Shown piece after piece: positions 33,599-42,471 of a stretch of DNA of 60,729 bases; within the stretch, counting starts at the first letter, position 1, and each line of letters starts with the position of its first letter. This stretch comes from a virus (taxonomy: Duplodnaviria > Caudoviricetes): positions 1 through 60,729 of the IMG/VR virus record IMGVR_UViG_3300036760_000452, one strand, 5' to 3'. Below the pieces are notes generated by a model, which was given only the letters and a program-made list of their open reading frames with translations, was not told where the DNA came from and did no database searches. Made by a program: the position numbers and the translations under genes.

Positions 33599-34577
33599 CA
33601 GCTTCCTCCGGAGGCAGCGCAAACGGGTCGGCCTTCGGCAGACGGAACCCGGGGACGAACGCGAGCAGGCCGTTGTGGTAGCGGCGCTCCGCTTCGTCGC
33701 GCATCTTTGACGCCGTCGGCGTGTCGATCTTCCCACCCTTCTCGAGCTGGTCGACTTCGTCGACGTCCCCGAGGTAGTCCTGGAGCAGCGTGGCTGCAGC
33801 CATCTGACGGCTCTGGACCGGCGCGGCCTTCGCGCGCTCAGACGTCACGCGGCCAGCGACCGCCGCCTGCTCCGGAGCGAATGGCTGCTTTTCGAGTTCT
33901 CTCGACCGCGCGATGCTCGCGGCTGCTGCGGCAGCCTCGGCGTCGAGCCGCGCGATGTCGGCGCCCTCGGCGGCCTGGCGAGCTTTCGTCTCGCGGCTGT
34001 AGCGAGCGGCGTCGTACCGCTGCTCCTGCGAGCTCGGCGTGCGCAGCGTCCAGGCGTGACCACCCCCTACTGTCCGGGGGCCATATTGGGTGCTCGCCTC
34101 CGTCTCGCCCATCGGCCGCCGGAACGCGAACCCGCCCGGACGAGTGGCTGGATCCGGGGCAGTGGAGAGAACCGAGACCTGGCCGAACTTCCCGAAGGCA
34201 GGCTCACGCGTGCCATCGTCGCCTTGGCCTGGCGGGGCCGCGGAAGGGTTCTTCCGCTGATCGTAGGTTTCCAACGCCTTGGCTGCTGCTACGGCATCGG
34301 CATCAGCTCGCAGCTTGCCCGCTGACGGCGGCGCGGGAGGCGCGGTCGGAGTGGGAGGCGCCATCGGCTGACGAGGCGCCGCGAGTGACGGGTCGTACTC
34401 CTCGCGCTTGAAACCGCCCTGTGGCGGAGAGGGCAGGATTGCCTCGAGCCCACGCCTCATCCCACCGAGCACGTCGATCTCCGGCTGGTCGGCGTCGGCT
34501 CCGGCGATGCCGGGAATCCCGCGCTTGTCGCGGAGGTACTGACTTCCTACGGCCTGACGCGGAGGAACGAGGGCCAT
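33582..34577 (-). CDS. Putative internal virion protein
   Basis: A/P/Q-rich; in ejection cluster; AAGGAG RBS. Confidence 0.65.
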   Translation of the reverse strand: MALVPPRQAVGSQYLRDKRGIPGIAGADADQPEIDVLGGMRRGLEAILPSPPQGGFKREEYDPSLAAPRQPMAPPTPTAPPAPPSAGKLRADADAVAAAKALETYDQRKNPSAAPPGQGDDGTREPAFGKFGQVSVLSTAPDPATRPGGFAFRRPMGETEASTQYGPRTVGGGHAWTLRTPSSQEQRYDAARYSRETKARQAAEGADIARLDAEAAAAAASIARSRELEKQPFAPEQAAVAGRVTSERAKAAPVQSRQMAAATLLQDYLGDVDEVDQLEKGGKIDTPTASKMRDEAERRYHNGLLAFVPGFRLPKADPFALPPEEAATPAE

Positions 34578-34778
34578 CTACGTCTCCTTCCTGGGTGTGC
34601 GCGTGAGCGCCTCGAACGCGTCTTTCGCCTTCGCACGGATCGTGTGCTTCTTGCGTCGGGGCGAGACGCCGTCGATGTAGGTAGCCTTGATCTCCGCGCC
34701 GTACGGCTCCGACCGGAGAAACGTGTCCATCGGCTCGAAGGGCCGATGAAAGTTCTTCCAGTTGGAGATGCTGCTCAC
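34578..34778 (-). CDS. Small basic protein with AKDAFEAL tail
   Basis: Fills the gap; motif resembles that of the 48.5-49.2 kb proteins. Confidence 0.55.
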   Translation of the reverse strand: MSSISNWKNFHRPFEPMDTFLRSEPYGAEIKATYIDGVSPRRKKHTIRAKAKDAFEALTRTPRKET

Positions 34779-34787
34779 CGGGGTCCC

Positions 34788-35354
34788 TCAGTAGCCGGCA
34801 CGCTGGCGCGCGCGGTCCTGCTCCATCTGCGCCTGGAACAGCGCGTCTGAGCGCGAACGGTTGATATCGCTCGGAGCGAGCCCGCCCTCCATCGTGTTCC
34901 CGCCAGGGAGGAAGCGCGCTCGCTGCGCACCCGTCATCTTCAGCGGGTCGGGCGTCGCGAACGTCTGCATGCCTATGGTGGACATGCGCGTCGGCACGCG
35001 CCCGGTCGCGGCCTGCGTCTCGGCCACGTCTCGGGCGAGGGCGTTTTCCTTCATCCTCTTGGTGAACGGGTCCTCTGTGGCATAGGGGCTAACCCTGGCT
35101 CCCCGCGACTTTTTCTTCTTCTCGGCCAAGTCGAATTTCGCGTTCTCACGCGCGAGCCGCGACATCGCGAGCTTCTCCTCCGCCGCACCCTGCGCGAGCG
35201 GAAAGAGCGCTGCGAACATCGCGTTCGGATCAGCGGCGAACCCCCCGCCACCTGCGCCCGCCGCGGTGCCCCCGCCGCCCATCGTTCCGTCCGCGTCGAC
35301 AGACGCCACGTGAGCCCCGCTCGGCCCCCAGCCGCTACGCCCCATGATCGCCAT
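34788..35354 (-). CDS. Putative internal virion protein
   Basis: Gly-rich N-terminus, helical. Confidence 0.65.
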   Translation of the reverse strand: MAIMGRSGWGPSGAHVASVDADGTMGGGGTAAGAGGGGFAADPNAMFAALFPLAQGAAEEKLAMSRLARENAKFDLAEKKKKSRGARVSPYATEDPFTKRMKENALARDVAETQAATGRVPTRMSTIGMQTFATPDPLKMTGAQRARFLPGGNTMEGGLAPSDINRSRSDALFQAQMEQDRARQRAGY

Positions 35355-35364
35355 TGCGCCCTCC

Positions 35365-36186
35365 TCAGAACCCGACGTTGACGTTGAGCATGTTCGAGAG
35401 CATGCCCATCCAGGCGTTCTGCGCCGCCTGGTTCGCAGCCATCCGGCTGGTCTCCGCTCCGTAGCTGCCGAGCCAGTAGTTCATGAGCTGGCCTTCCTCG
35501 TTGGAACTCTGCGCACGCTGCGCGAGAGCGGTCTGGCTTGGCGCCTGCACGATCCCAGTCCCCGACGTGTACGCCCCGGCTCGAGCGCCGAGCGTCTCGT
35601 CGATCTTGCCCTCAGCGAACTTCTTGCCCTCGGCGCGTCCGCCGGCCTCGATCTTGGCGATTTCACGCATCGCGGCCGCTTCGTCGAACGGCACGCCTGC
35701 CTCGCGAGCGCGTTGACGTGCCTCTTGGAGCCTGGCCGTGGTGGACTCGCGCGCCTGGCGCTGCTCCTCCTCCATGAACTGCCCGCCCTTGGTCTTCAGG
35801 TCGGACAGACGCTCGTCGTACCCGCCAAGCACCTTGGCCTGGTAGTCGGCCGAGTACTTTGTGAGCTCGGGCGGCGGCTCTGCTGTGGTCCTGCTCGCGG
35901 TCACGACCGGGAGGCCGGACGCTCCGGACGCGCCACCGGCTGCTCCGGCGCCACCTCCGGCGGGGGCGCCGATCGGCGGTCGAAGCGCCGCTGTACCGCC
36001 ACCGACGGCCGCTGTGCCACCGCTGTAGCCCACCCCGCTTGAACCTCCAACACCACCACCGCCGATGCTGCCAGGCCTCGAGAGCTTGCCTGACGCGTTC
36101 GTGGAAAGTGCGGTGCCGCCAGACAGACGGGACCTCTCGGCCTGGGGCAGCGCGTTCCACTCTTCCTGTCGGACTCCGTAAGGCAT
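35365..36186 (-). CDS. Putative internal virion (ejected) protein
   Basis: Gly-rich, coiled coil, amphipathic C-terminus typical of pilot/ejection proteins. Confidence 0.65.
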   Translation of the reverse strand: MPYGVRQEEWNALPQAERSRLSGGTALSTNASGKLSRPGSIGGGGVGGSSGVGYSGGTAAVGGGTAALRPPIGAPAGGGAGAAGGASGASGLPVVTASRTTAEPPPELTKYSADYQAKVLGGYDERLSDLKTKGGQFMEEEQRQARESTTARLQEARQRAREAGVPFDEAAAMREIAKIEAGGRAEGKKFAEGKIDETLGARAGAYTSGTGIVQAPSQTALAQRAQSSNEEGQLMNYWLGSYGAETSRMAANQAAQNAWMGMLSNMLNVNVGF

Positions 36187-36218
36187 CCGCAGCCCCCTTC
36201 TCCTGGGAGATTCTACTC

Positions 36219-38309
36219 CTACACGACCTCAACCGTGCTGGTGCCGGAACCACGCAGTTCGTTCGTGCCGATCGCGTAGCCGTTGACGGTGTGATCGCCA
36301 ACCTCCGCGAAGGTGAACGTGAGCGCTTGGGTGAGGTTTGGGGCAGCGTCGCTCCACGCTTCGAGTCTCACGTTCTGCCTCACCACCGCCCCGCTGGGCG
36401 CGACAACTTCGACGGTGACGTAGACCGGTGCCACGACTCCGGCATTCACGATACTCAAGCGCAGGTCGCGCGAGCCGCCTACGAACACGAACGGCAGCGC
36501 TGCCCAGACACCGGCACCTACAGCCGACTGCTCGATCGTGACGGCGATGTCTCCAGACGGAACCGACGCCATGAGCTCCTGCGGCCTCGACGTCGGCCCG
36601 GGGCCGTACATCCCTCCGTATCCGCGAATCTTCATCCCGACGGCGCTGTCAGCGTCGAAGCGAGTGGTGAGGCCACGACCGGCGACCCTCGAGCTCTGGA
36701 TGAAGTGAACCGAGCGCGCAATCGCTTTCGCCATGTACGTTGTCCCGTCCACTACGAGCGGGCCCCACGACTGGCTCGCCGCGACGGTCTTCTTGAACCA
36801 GAACAGGCTGTTGTCAGGGAGCTTCTGTTGCCCCGCGGCCTCGTCTCCGCCGAGGTAGGACACGACCCAGTCGTTGAGCTCGGCTTCCACGTAGGCCCAG
36901 AGCGGAGAAAACTCGTGCGCGCTCTCTGAGTCGTCGCCCTCGTCGAGGAAGCACTGGTGTGGCGAAACCGCCGTCAGGTGCTTGAGCAGTGCGTCGTCGT
37001 CGTCGTCAGCGTCGCTCGCGTCCTCAATCCTGATCTCTCCATCGGTCCACGCGATGAGAACCTCGGAGAGCGACGAGTAGTAGGCGGCCGAGGCAACGCG
37101 GTCGTAGATGTCGATGCTCCAGTCCGGCTGAGCGTTCTGCCCGCCGATGCTCTGCTCGGAGTTGAGGTAATTGCCCACGTAGGCCACCGTCCCGGGGGCC
37201 GAGCCCTGGAAGGTCGGCTTCAGTGGGCGCGGCGTGAAAAGCACGTACTGCTTCGCCTCGCGGTGATCGATCGCGAAGCTGTCGAGGAACGGCTGCCGGT
37301 CGGCCTGGTAGTCTGCGCGCCAGAAGTTCCGGATGTCGCTGCCGATGAACCGGAAGCCACCGTCATAGATCCATGGCCCGTCCTCGAATGGGAAGTAGAC
37401 CTTGTTGTGGATGATCCTGATCCCGTGGTGTGAGGAGCACCCCACGGCCGAGTCGAGCTTCTGGAGCAGGAAGTCGAACTGCCCCTCCCCGGTCTTGCGC
37501 AGCAGGTAGGCCGACTGGGCGCAGAAGATGATGAACGCCTCGCGCGTGGCAGCGAGACCAGTGATCGCCTCGCGGTCGTCCGTGTCCAAGAAGTTCGTGG
37601 GCGGCACGTTCTGTGGCTCTCCGGGAAGTGAGCCCCAGAGGCGGAACGGGTGCTCGCTAGTGCGTGCGTACCACATGCGTGCCAGCGCCTTCTCCCCGAA
37701 CGAAGTGCCGAACGGTGGAAGGTTGTGGCCGTCGGGCGCTTCGACCGTGCGCAGGTTCGTCTTCACGTTCTCTGTGACACTCGCTGTTCCGTAAGGCACC
37801 TCGAAGACCTGACGGAACGCATCCCCGTTCATCGAGCGGTAGCCGCGGACCTTGTTGACTCTGGCCTCAGCGCCGGCGGTCTGCAACGTCCACACGTAGC
37901 CCGCGCCCGTTTGGCCGGGCAGGACTACCGTGCTCGACGGGTTGCTCTCGGCGAGGAGGAGGTCGCCTTGCTTGTGGCCAAACGTGATGATGCAAATGGC
38001 CTCGCCGGGAGAGCCGCCGGAGCCAGCTCCGGCCACAACAGCGAGTGGAGAATCCGGCGCCCGGATCCCGGACGGCAGCCACCGTGCATCGACGCGGTGC
38101 CGAACGAGTGGGCGCGAGTAGCCCCCGATGTTGTAGAGGTCCCCGCGGAACCAGACGAAGCACGGCCGCTTTCCTGTAGTGACCAGCCCGAAGTTCGTCG
38201 CGGCGGGATAGCCCAGGCTCACGGTCGCTGGCTTGCGCCAGAGCACCGCGTTCGGAGATCCAGCCGTCTCGGCCGACTGGTAGATGATTTGGGATTCCTG
38301 GTTTGCCAC
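36219..38309 (-). CDS. Tail nozzle/packaged-DNA stabilisation protein (P22 gp10/T7 gp12-like)
   Basis: RMW..RLWGS.PGEP..ITGL..FIIF..VGC.S..I...NKVYF beta-propeller pattern. Confidence 0.65.
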   Translation of the reverse strand: MANQESQIIYQSAETAGSPNAVLWRKPATVSLGYPAATNFGLVTTGKRPCFVWFRGDLYNIGGYSRPLVRHRVDARWLPSGIRAPDSPLAVVAGAGSGGSPGEAICIITFGHKQGDLLLAESNPSSTVVLPGQTGAGYVWTLQTAGAEARVNKVRGYRSMNGDAFRQVFEVPYGTASVTENVKTNLRTVEAPDGHNLPPFGTSFGEKALARMWYARTSEHPFRLWGSLPGEPQNVPPTNFLDTDDREAITGLAATREAFIIFCAQSAYLLRKTGEGQFDFLLQKLDSAVGCSSHHGIRIIHNKVYFPFEDGPWIYDGGFRFIGSDIRNFWRADYQADRQPFLDSFAIDHREAKQYVLFTPRPLKPTFQGSAPGTVAYVGNYLNSEQSIGGQNAQPDWSIDIYDRVASAAYYSSLSEVLIAWTDGEIRIEDASDADDDDDALLKHLTAVSPHQCFLDEGDDSESAHEFSPLWAYVEAELNDWVVSYLGGDEAAGQQKLPDNSLFWFKKTVAASQSWGPLVVDGTTYMAKAIARSVHFIQSSRVAGRGLTTRFDADSAVGMKIRGYGGMYGPGPTSRPQELMASVPSGDIAVTIEQSAVGAGVWAALPFVFVGGSRDLRLSIVNAGVVAPVYVTVEVVAPSGAVVRQNVRLEAWSDAAPNLTQALTFTFAEVGDHTVNGYAIGTNELRGSGTSTVEVV

Positions 38310-40238
38310 TTACGGCCCCACGAACGCCATCTCGCCGGACCTTAGAATACTGCCGAATCTGGTGATGAGCGTCGCGGTCGTCCCGTCGATTCGGAAGACG
38401 AGAAATGGGCCGTCGCACGCGTACACGGCACCTCCGGCGGCAACCAGATCACGCGGGCCATTCACTGATGGGGTGTCCGGGAAGAGAATGGCGTCGTCGT
38501 CGAAGGTGACGCCGTCGTAGGTTCCAACGTAGTGGCTGACGCCGTCAAACCAATGAGTCAGGTAATAGAGAAGCGAGCCGTTCGTCGCAAGCGAGAGCTG
38601 CACGAACGGGTTCCCGCCGATACCGTCGAACCCAAGGTCCTCCGGAGCGTTGAGGTTGTTGTCGGCTTGCTGAGCAAAAGCGTCTCCCGTACGAACGATG
38701 GTGATGGTCAGGGTCGCGGCGTTAAACCGACCGATCACTAGGCGGCCTGGTCGCTCGCTGTTGTAGCCGAACGTCACTCCGGAGCCGAAGGACCGTCCTC
38801 GGTCAATCCCGATCAGGAAGATGTCGCCCTGGAAGACGCACCTGGAATGCCAGAAGTAACCGGTTATCTCAGGCTCGAACAGATTCGGAGCCGATGGGGG
38901 TACGGTCGGCACTGGAGAGTAGGTCACGGGCTGCCACGCTGCGTTTTTCTCGACCTTGTATGCCGCCGTCGTCGCGCCGGCCGCCAGGACTCCGCCGCTC
39001 GGAGTAGAGGAGACGACGCACGCCTGACCTGCGTTGGTGAGCTCGAGCCGCCGGGTCGTCCCGTCCCAGGAGTAGACCTCCCCCTTCGTGGGATCGTTGA
39101 AGCCGCGGTTTCCACCACCGTAGGCTGCGCCGACAGCGACGCTCTTCACGTCCCCCCCGGCCGTCCCGATATAGAGCCGATCGCGGGTGTCGATGTCGGC
39201 CGTGAACGGATCGTCGTCCCTCTCCTTCACGACGACCATCGAACGCACCCACTTCGGAGATGGGAAATGCGCGGGATCTACAGCAGAGCCGGGCACGAGG
39301 TACTCGACTTGCTGCGCGCCTCGTTTGTACCCAGGTGACGGGAGCCTGAAGACCTCGGTCACGCCGCCAGCGAACGCTCGCACTATATCGCCAGGCACGA
39401 AGCCCGGGTCTGTCGCGTATCCGAGGCTCGCGAGCCGGTCGATCGGAGACTGCGTCGTGAAGTTGACTTCGACGATCTGCTGCCCGCCAGCCACAGCCGA
39501 GCCGACGGCCGGCTCGTTCGTCGGTCCAGGGAGCTGATAGAACGACGGCTCGAAGTCGCCGACCGGTGGCCACAGGCTCCCGCGGTAGTGGCCGGCCGCA
39601 AGCCAACGTCCGTTGAACAGCACCAGCGGGTCCATGCACACCGGCGTCTGGTAGAAGCAGAAGAAGTCCGTCCCGGCCAGGGCGAGTGGAGCCCATCCGT
39701 CCTGCATCTCGATCTCGGCGTCGGGGGGCAAGAAGTATGGCGACGATCCGCACGGCGAGAGTGGGCCCGCCTGGTAGAACTCTTTGAGATCCGCGTCCGG
39801 AAACTTCACCGCCATGATGAACGCGGCGGAACCGAGACCGAGCGCGTTAGCGTCTGAGGCGTCCGGGTCGAGCGCATCGAAGGACGGTGGCACTCGAGAC
39901 AGGTCTACCCGACAGTACCCCATGATCTGTGAAGCCGCCAGGACCGGGTTGTAGGCCTCATCGACGAATCTTGGGTATGGTCCGAAGAGGAGCGTCGCGG
40001 ACTGTACCTCGTCCGGGATCTCTGCAAACCCGAGCACGGTGGCCGCTGGGTTGTCGTAGGGGGCCAGCCCTGGGCGACTCGTGATCCCGTCCTGCCCGAG
40101 ACGCACGTTCTGCAGGTAGCGCCAGAAATTCGGAGGCGTGTTGACCGCGTCGGCCACGGTCCGCATGCCGCGGAACTGTTGGAAGCCGACGCCCACGCGG
40201 ACGTCGAATGGCTGCTTTCCTTCTGCTGTCTTCTTCAT
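38310..40238 (-). CDS. Tail protein with nozzle-like N-terminus
   Basis: FRGM..PPN...LQNVRL..GITSRPGL start; ATGA overlap with adaptor. Confidence 0.6.
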   Translation of the reverse strand: MKKTAEGKQPFDVRVGVGFQQFRGMRTVADAVNTPPNFWRYLQNVRLGQDGITSRPGLAPYDNPAATVLGFAEIPDEVQSATLLFGPYPRFVDEAYNPVLAASQIMGYCRVDLSRVPPSFDALDPDASDANALGLGSAAFIMAVKFPDADLKEFYQAGPLSPCGSSPYFLPPDAEIEMQDGWAPLALAGTDFFCFYQTPVCMDPLVLFNGRWLAAGHYRGSLWPPVGDFEPSFYQLPGPTNEPAVGSAVAGGQQIVEVNFTTQSPIDRLASLGYATDPGFVPGDIVRAFAGGVTEVFRLPSPGYKRGAQQVEYLVPGSAVDPAHFPSPKWVRSMVVVKERDDDPFTADIDTRDRLYIGTAGGDVKSVAVGAAYGGGNRGFNDPTKGEVYSWDGTTRRLELTNAGQACVVSSTPSGGVLAAGATTAAYKVEKNAAWQPVTYSPVPTVPPSAPNLFEPEITGYFWHSRCVFQGDIFLIGIDRGRSFGSGVTFGYNSERPGRLVIGRFNAATLTITIVRTGDAFAQQADNNLNAPEDLGFDGIGGNPFVQLSLATNGSLLYYLTHWFDGVSHYVGTYDGVTFDDDAILFPDTPSVNGPRDLVAAGGAVYACDGPFLVFRIDGTTATLITRFGSILRSGEMAFVGP

Positions 40239-40915
40239 CGCCCGAAGAATCCGGGGAGTTGCCAGATCGTCCCCTGACGCCGCCGGAACTTCCCACGCAT
40301 CCTCTTCAGGCCGGCCAAGTAGGCAGCCTGGTGGTTCTGCCAGCGCGCGTCGCCCTTCGACTCGAGCGACTTCGCACGAATCCCGGGGAGTAGAACGCGC
40401 TGGTGCCACTCCTCGGGAATCAGCTTGATGTTGTTCACGTTCGCAACGGTCTCGTCGATGTCCGGAACCTTGAGCAGGTAGTCGACCGCGACGTTGTAGG
40501 CGCCAGTGTTCAGCGGGAAGTTGAGGCGCTTAGCGAACGTGATCGGATCCTCTCCGAAGATCGAGAACATCCCGGGCGTGTCGGTGCGGACGCCGCTCAT
40601 CTGGGCCTGCCGGATCTCGTGCTCGGGCACGTGCTCGAGCGGATCCCCACTCTGCTGCGAGAGCAAGTACACGCCGCCGTAGTCGCCGAGCTGGCCGAAC
40701 GTGACCGGGAGGTTCACGTAGCCCGTGCCGGCAGCGACGGTGAGCGGGGTGGCCACCTTGCGCAGCCACGTCCACTCGCCGTCGGTGATGACGTCCGCCG
40801 CCACCTCGCGAAGGAGGTAGAGGATTCGAACGCGCCGGTCCGCGTAGTCGCTGTCGGTCGGGTTGATGTTGTCCGTGTACGCGAGCTCTTGGCTGACGAT
40901 CTCCGTCGCGTTCAT
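40235..40915 (-). CDS. Head-tail adaptor (tail tubular protein A-like)
   Basis: WTWLRK..AGTGYVNLP..LNFP..IPEEWH pattern; position. Confidence 0.7.
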   Translation of the reverse strand: MNATEIVSQELAYTDNINPTDSDYADRRVRILYLLREVAADVITDGEWTWLRKVATPLTVAAGTGYVNLPVTFGQLGDYGGVYLLSQQSGDPLEHVPEHEIRQAQMSGVRTDTPGMFSIFGEDPITFAKRLNFPLNTGAYNVAVDYLLKVPDIDETVANVNNIKLIPEEWHQRVLLPGIRAKSLESKGDARWQNHQAAYLAGLKRMRGKFRRRQGTIWQLPGFFGR

Positions 40916-40937
40916 CCCCCACCTCCCTGGGTGTGGG

Positions 40938-41744
40938 TTAGGCCGGTGTCGGGACGCCTTCCTGCTTCGCCGCGATCTGCTTCAGCAGATGGTCGCGGTA
41001 CTCGAGGTCGTTCCGTAGGAGCTTGCCCATCTCGGCCTTCGTGAGCGTGATCCCCGCGGACTCGGCCAGATCGAAGAGCTCGCCGGGCGCGCGCTCGGCG
41101 TCGTTCACCTCGGGCGCAGCGTCGGAGTCGGAGGCCGCGATCTGCGCGCCGACCTTCGGACGCTCCACGACCGTCCCGCCTCCGAGCACACGCCGGATCG
41201 CATCGTCGCTCATCGCGGGCGCCTGCTTCGCTCGGTTCTCGAGGTGCTGCGCCGCCCAGAGGACCTTGTGCTCCGAGGACGACTGCGGAGCCGGGATTCC
41301 CTTCTGGTCCCACTTCTTCCGACGCTCGAGCTCCTGCTGCAGGATCGTGCGTGCGTAGTCGTCTTGCGAGCGCTCGTACTTCGGCCGGCCGACCGCCATG
41401 GCCTGAGCAACCTCGTCCGTGCTGTCGACGATCCCGAGGCCCTGGTTGATGAGGTCCTCGCGATTGGACTCGAGCCAGTCGCAGAACTCGACCACGTCGA
41501 AGAGCTTCACGCGACCTCCGGTCGGCGTGTCCTGGATCCGGTCCTTGACGACCATCGTGCCCGGGATCTTCCTGCCTGTGGCTGGATCGTGCACGCTCTC
41601 GTAGCGGTACGGCATGCCGGGGCCAACCTCGGCCACTTGGTCGTGGGGCGGCATGACGAACAACTCGCCGTCGTACATGACCGGCTTGGCCTCGTCGCCC
41701 GGCCAGACGAGGATGAACTCTTGAAGGCGGTGGAACTTTTTCAC
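40938..41744 (-). CDS. Hypothetical head-associated protein
   Basis: GTG after AAGGAGAGG. Confidence 0.7.
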   Translation of the reverse strand: MKKFHRLQEFILVWPGDEAKPVMYDGELFVMPPHDQVAEVGPGMPYRYESVHDPATGRKIPGTMVVKDRIQDTPTGGRVKLFDVVEFCDWLESNREDLINQGLGIVDSTDEVAQAMAVGRPKYERSQDDYARTILQQELERRKKWDQKGIPAPQSSSEHKVLWAAQHLENRAKQAPAMSDDAIRRVLGGGTVVERPKVGAQIAASDSDAAPEVNDAERAPGELFDLAESAGITLTKAEMGKLLRNDLEYRDHLLKQIAAKQEGVPTPA

Positions 41745-41775
41745 GGTCCTCTCCTTGCTGGGTGCGGCCCAGCGT

Positions 41776-42471
41776 TTATACAGTGACGCCTCGTCCTCGT
41801 GCCGGGGCCCATGCCCCACTCCTGCGCGCTCGCTTGGCGCCGTAAGCCATGAGGCGCTGGTACTCGGCCCAGTCCCCGTCGCTCACGGACTCCTCGATCT
41901 TACGCAGGATCCACGGTTCGATCCACCTCTTCACGTACTCGATCTGCGCCTGATGGTCGGCGCGCATCTTCTCCTCGCGCTTCTTCCGGAGCTCGATGTT
42001 CCGGTTGAATCGCGCGACGGTGAGCCGCTCGCGCTCCCACTTCCGTCGGCAGAAGCCGTACACGCCCCAGTCCCACGGCAGCACTTCGCCTGGACCGTTC
42101 GGCGCGAGCGGGTCGCCCTCGAAGAACTTGTCGAGGTAGTTCGGTGCGGGATGCTTCGCGCCCTGCGGCATCTCGACGTAGAAGCCGGCGCGCGAGTAGC
42201 GAGGGTCCGGGTAGTGCCGGCCGATGCCGACGTGGGCGACGAGGCGCACGCCGGAGTGGCCCGGTACCCTCCACGCCTGCACGCGCCACATGACGATCGC
42301 CCCGGCGTCGAACTCGTGCAGCGCCGCGGTGACGGCCGGGTCAGCAGCGAAGTTCGGCGGCGCGACGCACGTGTAGTGATCCTCGCCGACCTGCTCCCAG
42401 GCCTGCGGGAGCGACTCGGAAACCGCTGCGCGGCGCTCGTCGACGACCTTCAGCCAGTCGCGGTAGCTCAT
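41776..42471 (-). CDS. Hypothetical protein
   Basis: ATGA overlap; Trp-rich. Confidence 0.7.
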   Translation of the reverse strand: MSYRDWLKVVDERRAAVSESLPQAWEQVGEDHYTCVAPPNFAADPAVTAALHEFDAGAIVMWRVQAWRVPGHSGVRLVAHVGIGRHYPDPRYSRAGFYVEMPQGAKHPAPNYLDKFFEGDPLAPNGPGEVLPWDWGVYGFCRRKWERERLTVARFNRNIELRKKREEKMRADHQAQIEYVKRWIEPWILRKIEESVSDGDWAEYQRLMAYGAKRARRSGAWAPARGRGVTV

